Assembly (NCBI GenBank): GCA_039589315.1
Contig: JBDHHQ010000085.1
Coordinates: forward strand, 1-17,853
Reading direction: 5' to 3'
From: Gemmatimonadota bacterium
Lineage (GTDB): Bacteria; Gemmatimonadota; Gemmatimonadetes; Longimicrobiales; Gaopeijiaceae
DNA: 17,853 bases
Each line of letters opens with the position of its first letter. Position 1 is the first letter of the stretch. Positions 11,005-17,853 of this stretch are shown piece after piece. Position numbers and translations under genes: made by a program. The notes beneath the pieces are model-generated. The model searched no databases. It was given only the letters and a program-made list of their open reading frames with translations, and was not told the origin of the DNA.

Positions 11005-11048
11005 GGGGGCCGACTCCGATTGATCCGGAGTCGGCCCCTCCTTAGTTT
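11005..11048 (+). terminator. Putative intrinsic terminator after the EF-G paralogue
   Basis: Perfect 13-bp stem GGGGCCGACTCCG (11006-11018) / CGGAGTCGGCCCC (11026-11038), loop ATTGATC, followed by the imperfect T-rich tail TCCTTAGTTT. Confidence 0.7.
11020..11048 (+). promoter_or_regulatory. Putative sigma70-type promoter of the yebC-ruvCAB-queA operon
   Basis: TTGATC (11020-11025), 17-nt spacer, TAGTTT (11043-11048), about 78 nt upstream of the yebC start. Confidence 0.5.
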
Positions 11049-11125
11049 GACAACGCCGAAGATAAGCCAAAACCCCTACGAGCGGCCGACCTCTCGGACG
11101 CACTGGGGCAAGCGGGAGACGGCCC

Positions 11126-11872
11126 GTGGCAGGTCATAGCAAGTGGTCCCAGATCAAGCGGAAGAAGGCCGTGAACGACGCCAAGCGAGGCGCCATGTTC
11201 ACGAAGCTGATCCGCGAGATCACCGTTGCGGCCAAGGAGGGCGGGGGAGATCCGGACGGGAATGCTCGCCTGCGCCTGGCCATCGACACCGCCAAATCGG
11301 CCAACATGCCCAACGAAAACATCGACCGGGCCGTCAAGAAGGGCACCGGCGAGCTCGAGGGCGTCAACTACGAAGAGATCGTGTACGAGGGATACGGGCC
11401 GAGCGGGGTCGCCCTCTATATCGAGACGCTTACGGACAACCAGAAGCGAACCGTGGCAGAGGTGCGGCACATCTTGACCAAGCACGGCGGGAGCCTGGGG
11501 ACCTCGGGCTCGGTGGCCTGGCAGTTCGACCGCAAGGGACAGATCATCGTGGACGGGAGCCGCTACACGGAGGACGCGGTCCTGGAGGCGGCTCTCGAAG
11601 CCGGTGCCGAAGACGTGGCGAGAGAGGGCGACGAGTTCCTCGTGACCACCGACGTGGCAGACTTCCACGAGGTGCAGCAGGGGATGAAGGCTGCCGGCGT
11701 GGAGTTCAGCCAGGCGGAGCTGGCCATGATTGCCAAGAACGAGGTCGCCGTGGAGGGCAAGGACGCCGAGCGTCTCATCAAGCTCATGGACGCACTGGAT
11801 GACTCGGACGACGTCCAACGGGTGTCGTCCAACGGCGACATCGACGAGGCCGTGCTGTCGGAGGTGGTCTGA
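11126..11872 (+). CDS. yebC: YebC/PmpR family protein (TACO1-like)
   Basis: MAGHSKWSQIKRKK..DAKRG..FTKL, NMPNENIDRA.KKG, YEGYGPSGVA, TDN..RT, GSVAWQFDRKG, DDVQRV. GTG start with GGAG upstream. Confidence 0.96.
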   Translation: MAGHSKWSQIKRKKAVNDAKRGAMFTKLIREITVAAKEGGGDPDGNARLRLAIDTAKSANMPNENIDRAVKKGTGELEGVNYEEIVYEGYGPSGVALYIETLTDNQKRTVAEVRHILTKHGGSLGTSGSVAWQFDRKGQIIVDGSRYTEDAVLEAALEAGAEDVAREGDEFLVTTDVADFHEVQQGMKAAGVEFSQAELAMIAKNEVAVEGKDAERLIKLMDALDDSDDVQRVSSNGDIDEAVLSEVV

Positions 11873-11937
11873 CGGCCGGGGCGGCGCTCCAGCCCAGGGG
11901 GGGTGCCGGACGCCCGGCCCCCGGATCACCACCCTCG

Positions 11938-12417
11938 GTGATCCTGGGCATCGACCCCGGCACCGCCGTCACCGGGTACGGCGTGGTCGCGAGGACGGTG
12001 GATGGGGCCGTGTCTCTCCTGGAGTGCGGTGTGATCAAGACATCGGCCGCCGAGCCCTTGTCCGCCCGCATCCGCGAGATCTACGACGAGATCGTGGAGC
12101 TGATCGCGCGCCACCGCCCCGCCGCCGTTTCGGTCGAGGAGGTCTTCCAGGGCAAGAACCCACGCAGCGCGTTGACGCTGGGGCACGCTCGAGGGGCGAT
12201 CCTCCTGGCTGCGGCGCACGGGGAGCTGGACATTGCCGAGTACTCCGCCCGGGAGATCAAGAAGGCCGTGGTGGGGACCGGAAGCGCCACGAAGGATCAG
12301 GTGGCGTTCATGGTCCAGAAGCACCTGAGGCTCGCGTCTCCTCCGGCACCGGCAGACGCGGCGGACGGGGTTGCGGCGGCCCTGTGCCACTGCATGGCGG
12401 GCCGCTTTCGCGCATGA
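11938..12417 (+). CDS. ruvC: Crossover junction endodeoxyribonuclease RuvC
   Basis: ILGIDPG..TGYGVV, VEEVF..KN, LGHARG, EIKKAVVGTGSATKDQV..MV, DAADGVA. Conserved yebC-ruvC-ruvA-ruvB order. Confidence 0.96.
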   Translation: MILGIDPGTAVTGYGVVARTVDGAVSLLECGVIKTSAAEPLSARIREIYDEIVELIARHRPAAVSVEEVFQGKNPRSALTLGHARGAILLAAAHGELDIAEYSAREIKKAVVGTGSATKDQVAFMVQKHLRLASPPAPADAADGVAAALCHCMAGRFRA

Positions 12418-12444
12418 TTGGAACGAGGAAGGTAGCGTAGGCGC

Positions 12445-13035
12445 GTGATCAGCCGGATCAAGGGGACGCTCGTGGCTCGGGATCTGGACCGGGTCGAGGT
12501 CGAGACGCCGGGCGGGGTCGTATACGAGATCGAGGTCCCGCTCACGATCCTCGACCGTCTGCCCTGGCCACCGGCCACGGGCTTCGAGATCCGGACGCTG
12601 TACGTCGTGCGCGAGGATTCGGCGACGCTGTACGGGTTCATGGAGTCCCATGAGCGAGAGCTGTTCCGGCGGCTCCTCAGCGCCTCGGGCGTGGGGCCCA
12701 AGGTGGCCCTGGCCATGCTCTCGACCTACACGGCGCCGAGGCTCGCCCGAGCGCTGGCCGAGCGGGACGTGAATGCCCTCACTCGGGTCTCCGGTGTGGG
12801 GAAGAAGACCGCCGAGCGCATCGTTCTGGAGCTCGCCGACAAGGTACAGGACCTGGCCGTCGCCCCGGCGGGAGAAACGCCCGGCGGCGCCCCCGGTGCG
12901 CAAGAGGCGGTGGCGGCGCTCGTCACGCTGGGCTACGCGTTCGCTGATGCGGACGCTGCCGTACGTCGGGTGTTGGAGGACGGCGGTGCGCACAGCACGG
13001 AAGATCTGATCAAGCGAGCCCTGGCCGGGCGGTGA
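12445..13035 (+). CDS. ruvA: Holliday junction branch migration protein RuvA
   Basis: [62 protein letters not shown]. Confidence 0.96.
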   Translation: MISRIKGTLVARDLDRVEVETPGGVVYEIEVPLTILDRLPWPPATGFEIRTLYVVREDSATLYGFMESHERELFRRLLSASGVGPKVALAMLSTYTAPRLARALAERDVNALTRVSGVGKKTAERIVLELADKVQDLAVAPAGETPGGAPGAQEAVAALVTLGYAFADADAAVRRVLEDGGAHSTEDLIKRALAGR

Positions 13036-13039
13036 GTCG

Positions 13040-14086
13040 ATGAGCGAGCGAACGGAGATCACGACACCGGAGGCACTCTCCGAGGACCAGCAGGCAGAGC
13101 CCTCGCTCCGGCCGCAGCGCCTGGCCGAATTCATCGGTCAGGACAAGGTGCGAGATGCCCTCCGGATCGCCATCAAGGCAGCGAATCAGCGCCGCGAGCC
13201 GCTGGACCACACCCTCTTCCACGGCCCGCCGGGCCTGGGCAAGACCACGTTGGCTTCCCTCATGGCCCGGGAGCTCGGGGTCAACATCAAGACCACGTCG
13301 GGCCCGATCCTGGAGAAGCCGGCCGACCTGGTGGGCATCCTCACGAACCAGCGAGAAGGGGACGTCCTCTTCATCGACGAGATCCACCGGCTCCGGCCCA
13401 TCATCGAGGAGTTCCTCTACCCGGCCATGGAGGATTGGAAGGTGGAGATCCGCCTTTCGGACGGGCCGCGGGCGCAGACCATGACGATGGCCATCGAGAA
13501 GTTCACGCTGGTGGGGGCCACGACGCGTTTTGGCATGCTGACCGCGCCCATGCGCGCCCGCTTCGGCATCGTCCAGCGGCTCAACTTCTATCCGCCAGAG
13601 GAGTTGGCCGTGATCATCCGGCGCAGCTCCGACATCCTTGGGGTAGAGTCTACCGACGACGGGGCGGAGCTGCTGTCGCGCCGCTCGCGGGGCACGCCCC
13701 GCGTGGCGAACCGTTTGCTGAGACGCGTCAGGGACTACGCCGAGGTCGAGGCAGACGGCGTGATCACGATCGAGGTCGCCGAGGCGGCGCTCGCCATGCT
13801 GGACGTGGACGAGTACGGGCTGGACGAGATGGACGGCCGCGTGCTCAAGACCATCATCGAGAAGTTCGAGGGTGGACCGGTGGGGCTCAGCTCCCTGGCT
13901 GTGGCCATGGGCGAGGACGTCAGCACGCTCGAGGAGGTCTACGAGCCCTTCCTGATCCAGGAGGGGTTCCTCCAGCGGACGACGCGGGGCCGGGTGGCGA
14001 CGCCCCGGGCCTACCGACGTTTCGGCTACACTCTGCCGTCGGGCGGCTCCGGAGGGTCAGAGCAGTCGTCCCTGTTCGGCGAATGA
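13040..14086 (+). CDS. ruvB: Holliday junction branch migration helicase RuvB
   Basis: [62 protein letters not shown]...RT.RGR. Confidence 0.98.
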   Translation: MSERTEITTPEALSEDQQAEPSLRPQRLAEFIGQDKVRDALRIAIKAANQRREPLDHTLFHGPPGLGKTTLASLMARELGVNIKTTSGPILEKPADLVGILTNQREGDVLFIDEIHRLRPIIEEFLYPAMEDWKVEIRLSDGPRAQTMTMAIEKFTLVGATTRFGMLTAPMRARFGIVQRLNFYPPEELAVIIRRSSDILGVESTDDGAELLSRRSRGTPRVANRLLRRVRDYAEVEADGVITIEVAEAALAMLDVDEYGLDEMDGRVLKTIIEKFEGGPVGLSSLAVAMGEDVSTLEEVYEPFLIQEGFLQRTTRGRVATPRAYRRFGYTLPSGGSGGSEQSSLFGE

Positions 14087-14120
14087 GCTCCCTTCTGTGG
14101 GGCCCCAACTGACCAATCCT

Positions 14121-15224
14121 GTGCCCATCTCCAAGCCCGACGGCACGCGGGTAGCCGACTACGACTACGAGCTGCCCGAGGGCCGGATCGCTCGCTACCC
14201 GGCGGAGCGGCGGGACGAAAGCCGGCTGCTGGTGCTGGACCCGCTGAGCGGAGCGGTTCGAGATCGAGCCTTCCGGGACCTGGTGGAACTGATTCCGCCC
14301 GGTGATCTGCTTGTCGTGAACGAGAGCCGCGTGATGCCCGCCCGGCTCCTGGGCGTCAAGCCGACCGGTGCGCCCGCCGAGATCCTCCTGCTCAGACCCG
14401 CCGGCGCGGAGGATTGGTCCCGTCCAGGCAGATCGTGGGAGGCTCTCGTTCGTCCCGGGAGCAAGCTGAAGCCGGGCCGGACGGTGGTGATCTCCGACGA
14501 GCTGTCGGTGGCGATCGTGGACGGATTGGAGGGTGGGGGCCGGATCGTTCGACTCGAGACCGATCTGGATCCGTTGGAGGCGCTGGAGCGGTTTGGGCAC
14601 GTGCCGCTGCCGCCCTACCTGGGCCGACCCGACCAGCCTCTGGACCGCAAGCGATATCAGACCGTTTACGCCCGCACACCGGGCTCGGTGGCAGCGCCCA
14701 CGGCGGGGTTCCACTTCACCGAAGGGCTCCTGTCCGAGCTGAACGCGCGGGGTGTGGGCAGAGCGGTCATCACGCTCCACGTGGGGCCCGGCACCTTCCG
14801 GCCCGTGGAGGCGGAAGACCCTGCCGACCACCACATGCACACCGAGGTGCTCGAGATTCCGGAGGGGACGGCCGAGGCGATCGCCGCCGTGCACGCGTCC
14901 GGTGGACGGGTGTGGGCGGTGGGCACCACGGTCGTGCGAGCTCTGGAGAGCGCAACTACGGACGACGGGGAATTACGGGCCGGAAGCGGGGTCACCGACC
15001 TCTTCATCAGGCCGCCGTTCCGCTTTCGGGTGGTGGATGCGCTCATCACCAACTTCCACCTGCCTCGGTCGACGCTGCTGATGCTGGTGGCGGCGTTCGG
15101 TGGGTACGAAGCCGTGATGGCGGCGTACGCCGAGGCGGTGCGGGGGGGGTATAGGTTCTATTCATACGGAGACGCCATGCTCCTCTATGGGCGGGCTCCG
15201 CATAGCGGCGCAGGAGGTCGTTAG
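14121..15224 (+). CDS. queA: S-adenosylmethionine:tRNA ribosyltransferase-isomerase QueA
   Basis: DYDYELP..IARYP..RDESRLL, VVNESRVMPARL, VPLPPY, YQTVYA..GSVAAPTAG, TLHVGPGTF, AVGTTVVRALES, TNFHLPRSTLLML, YRFYSYGDAM. The start is uncertain (GTG 14097 or GTG 14121). Confidence 0.96.
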   Translation: MPISKPDGTRVADYDYELPEGRIARYPAERRDESRLLVLDPLSGAVRDRAFRDLVELIPPGDLLVVNESRVMPARLLGVKPTGAPAEILLLRPAGAEDWSRPGRSWEALVRPGSKLKPGRTVVISDELSVAIVDGLEGGGRIVRLETDLDPLEALERFGHVPLPPYLGRPDQPLDRKRYQTVYARTPGSVAAPTAGFHFTEGLLSELNARGVGRAVITLHVGPGTFRPVEAEDPADHHMHTEVLEIPEGTAEAIAAVHASGGRVWAVGTTVVRALESATTDDGELRAGSGVTDLFIRPPFRFRVVDALITNFHLPRSTLLMLVAAFGGYEAVMAAYAEAVRGGYRFYSYGDAMLLYGRAPHSGAGGR

Positions 15225-15439
15225 GCTCCTCGGGTCTCCTGCGACGTACTTTTCAGTACGCCTCGGAGCGCCCTCGTCGCCTGCCTACCCCTGCATCCAC
15301 TCTGCGAAGCCCCACACCAGGTTGGGGCGGGCTCCGACCGGGTCGCGATCCAGGCGGTTTGTCGACCCCTCGCTGCGGGAGGAGTGTTGGGCACACAGTC
15401 ACAGGCGCGGCACCACAGCCTCGCCGGGCGTCGTCTTGC

Positions 15440-15469
15440 TTGATCCGGGTTCAGGGCGGGACGCATCTT
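15440..15469 (+). promoter_or_regulatory. Possible promoter of the TPR protein gene
   Basis: TTGATC (15440-15445), 18-nt spacer, CATCTT (15464-15469). The -10 is imperfect. Confidence 0.3.
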
Positions 15470-15512
15470 CGGAGCAGCCCGCCTTGGAGCTCCCTCCAGC
15501 AGGAGCGACGCT

Positions 15513-17600
15513 GTGAACCGCCTGAAGCAGCTCATCCACGAGATCCACCGCCGCTCGTTGTGGCAGGTGTTGGGGATCTACGTGGTGGCGTCATGGGCGG
15601 TGTTGCAGGTGGCCGACACGTTTGCGTCGGCCTTGGGGCTTCCTGACTGGTTCCCGCCGCTGGCGCTGGGCTTGCTGGTCGTGGGGCTGCCGATCGTATT
15701 AGCGACGGCGTTCGTCCAGGAGGGGATGGGCTCCAGGCCGGTCGCTGGGGAGATTGAACCCGGTTCCGCAGCGGCGGATGCGGCAGACACGGCGGGCGCC
15801 GCTCCGGTCGGCGCAAGGTCCGAGGCACCGGAATCCAACTGGCTGAGGGGTCTGCTCACCTGGCGCAACGCCGTCACCGGAGGCGTGCTCGCCTTCGCGC
15901 TCTGGGGTGTCGTGGCGGCGGGGTGGCTGCTGGCCGGAGGCACGGTCCGGGCACCGACGGGAGAGGCTGCCGCCGCGGACGCACTGGTTCGAACGATTGC
16001 CGTCCTGCCCCTCGCGAATCTGAGCCCGGATCCCGACCACGCCTACTTCGCCGACGGGGTCCACGAGGAGATCCTCGGCACGCTTTCCAGGATCGCGGAC
16101 CTCACCGTGCTCTCCCGCCAAGCAGTCCTTCAGTATCGGGACTCTGACAAGACCATGGCGGAAATCGGCGGCGAGCTGCGGGCTGGCTCTGTCGTCGAGG
16201 GGAGCGTGCGAAGGGACGGGAGCTCGGTGCGTGTCACGGTTCAGTTGATCGACGCCGTTTCGGATGGGCACGTTTGGTCAGAGAATTACGATAGGACGCT
16301 CACAGCCGGGAGCATCTTCGACATCCAGACCGAGATCGCCGAGAACATCGCTCTTGCCCTGCGCGCTACCCTGACGCCCGCCGAAAAAGACCGAATCGCT
16401 AGCCGGCGCACGGACGATCTGGAGGCCTACGACTATTACTCCCGTGGGCGCGCGGCGTATGCGACCTATGCGTTGGACGGCTACGAGGAGGCGATCCGGT
16501 TGTTTCGGGAGGCCATCGCCAGCGACTCAGGCTACGCTCCCGCGTGGGCAGGGCTCGCGGACGGGCTGCGACAGCGGGCGGGTAACTCATACGCGGGCAC
16601 TGATTACCACGAGGACGGCGTGCTCCAGTGGGCGGACTCAGCGGACGCAGCCGCCCGGAAGGCGATTGCGCTTGCCTCGGCGGACGCTGACGGCTACAAG
16701 GCGTTGGCCGGCGCGATGCAGTATCGGCAACTCCATGCCAAAGCCCTCGAGGCCAACCTCCGAGCCCTGGAACTCGACCCCAACCACTGGGCGGCCACGT
16801 ACAACCTCGGTGGGTCCCACCAGCTCCTTGGTCGACTCGACGAGGCGCTTCGTTGGTTCAAGAGGGCTCGCAGACTCGATCCGCTGGCTGCATTCCCCGG
16901 AACCCAGCTTCTCGTAGTGTACGCCCGTCTAGGGGAGGAGGAGATCGCCGACCGGCTCTATGACGAACACCGCGCACGCTTTCCAAGCGGCGGCCGAGCG
17001 CCGGGAACCGCGGCCAGGCTGGAGTTCTATCGGGGTGACGCCGACGCGGCCTACAGGGTGGCCGCACGCGAGAGCGCGGCTTTTCCCGAGAGCTCGCCCA
17101 CGCTGGCGATGCATGCCCAAGCGGCCGCGGCCGTCGGCAGCTTCGAAGAGGCAGCAGCGGCGGCGGCCAAGGCACTGCGCCTCGCCCCCCTGCCAGCGGG
17201 TGCAACCGGAGGACACAACTCGGGCGGTCGCCACGCCGGTGCGTTCTTCGGCTACGCGCTGTCAAGAACTGGCCAAATCCAGGCCGGACGTGCTGAGCTG
17301 AAGAGGGTGCTGGCATACCGTCAGGCTGAACTGGACCGAGGAGTCGACGACGTCTCCCTTCCCTGGAAGATGGCCGCGATCCACTCCGCCCTTGGCAACA
17401 CCGACGAGGCCCTCGAACTTGTCGAACAAGCCTACGAAGCCGGCTACCAGCCTGGCCGCGGCTACGCGACCATGGACCCCCTCCTCGACTCCATCCGAGA
17501 CGACCCTCGTTTCGGGGCGGTGATGGAGAAGAGTTTGGCCGATCTGGAGGCCATGCGCCGACGGATCGAGGCCGAGGAGATCGCGGCGGGTGAGCGGTAG
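15513..17600 (+). CDS. Membrane-anchored TolB-like domain / tetratricopeptide repeat protein (COG5616-like, no catalytic domain seen)
   Basis: GTG start with SD AGGAG at 15501-15505. N-terminal LIHEIHRRSLWQVLGIY..WAVLQ..LGLPDW membrane module with three predicted TM helices. TolB-like segment IAVLPLANLSPDPDHAYFADGVHEEI..VVEGSVRRDG..VRVTVQLID..VWSENYDR. TPR helices (EAYDYYSRG, ALELDPN, ARRLDPL) and a C-terminal DPLLDSIRDDPRF. Confidence 0.9.
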   Translation: MNRLKQLIHEIHRRSLWQVLGIYVVASWAVLQVADTFASALGLPDWFPPLALGLLVVGLPIVLATAFVQEGMGSRPVAGEIEPGSAAADAADTAGAAPVGARSEAPESNWLRGLLTWRNAVTGGVLAFALWGVVAAGWLLAGGTVRAPTGEAAAADALVRTIAVLPLANLSPDPDHAYFADGVHEEILGTLSRIADLTVLSRQAVLQYRDSDKTMAEIGGELRAGSVVEGSVRRDGSSVRVTVQLIDAVSDGHVWSENYDRTLTAGSIFDIQTEIAENIALALRATLTPAEKDRIASRRTDDLEAYDYYSRGRAAYATYALDGYEEAIRLFREAIASDSGYAPAWAGLADGLRQRAGNSYAGTDYHEDGVLQWADSADAAARKAIALASADADGYKALAGAMQYRQLHAKALEANLRALELDPNHWAATYNLGGSHQLLGRLDEALRWFKRARRLDPLAAFPGTQLLVVYARLGEEEIADRLYDEHRARFPSGGRAPGTAARLEFYRGDADAAYRVAARESAAFPESSPTLAMHAQAAAAVGSFEEAAAAAAKALRLAPLPAGATGGHNSGGRHAGAFFGYALSRTGQIQAGRAELKRVLAYRQAELDRGVDDVSLPWKMAAIHSALGNTDEALELVEQAYEAGYQPGRGYATMDPLLDSIRDDPRFGAVMEKSLADLEAMRRRIEAEEIAAGER

Positions 17601-17836
17601 AGAGTCTGCCTCCCGCGTCTTCCTCCACTTCGCGAGCCTTCACCGCATCGTCGCGACGAATCAGTTCGCCGATCTCTGGCTGCCCCGGCCACGGTCGGTC
17701 CCCTGGTTTGCCTCGAGCCCTCTGCCACGGCGGCGGCGATGGCTCGGTGAAGCGCTCAGTGACCCGTACTCCCACCTTGCGCGGCTGCTCCGGTTCCCCG
17801 ACCCTCCCCGCTCACCTCCGCCCCAACGCCAACACG

Positions 17837-17853
17837 ATGTTCGACTTCACCCT
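17837..17853 (+). CDS. tgt: Probable start of tRNA-guanine transglycosylase (3'-partial, only about 6 codons visible)
   Basis: ATG TTC GAC TTC ACC CT = MFDFT(L) resembles typical Tgt N-termini (MxFxFxL), and tgt normally follows ruvB-queA. Too short to be certain. Confidence 0.45.

Noticed and set aside
11047..11052. Perfect TTGACA upstream of yebC
   Set aside because: There is no acceptable -10 at 16-18 nt (AAAACC/AAACCC/AACCCC). The TTGATC-17-TAGTTT pair fits better.
15150..15170. AT-rich codons at the queA 3' end as an internal promoter
   Set aside because: They are partly forced by the YRFYSY sequence, and no matching -35 was found.

Overview
GC-rich (about 70% by eye) bacterial chromosomal segment made mostly of core genes. 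Gene order and the N-terminus of the TPR protein suggest Gemmatimonadota (inference). Order: 5'-truncated Cu(I) P1B-1 ATPase (copA) > < secreted NTF2/DUF4440-like protein | mutS > mini-TonB > ddl > rhomboid protease (DUF6576-like tail) > divergent EF-G paralogue (EF-G2) > terminator > yebC > ruvC > ruvA > ruvB > queA > membrane-anchored TolB-like/TPR protein > probable first codons of tgt at the right edge. No tRNA, rRNA, CRISPR array or transposase was seen, and no clearly novel multi-gene system is evident. The most notable observations are: an accessory TolB-like/TPR gene apparently inserted between queA and tgt; an EF-G2 with altered GTPase motifs (SMMD instead of NKxD) behind a structured leader; a hairpin-plus-SD motif shared by the EF-G2 and TPR leaders; a promoter-like sequence embedded in the EF-G2 terminator; and recurrent stop/start-overlapping mini-ORFs bridging gene junctions.
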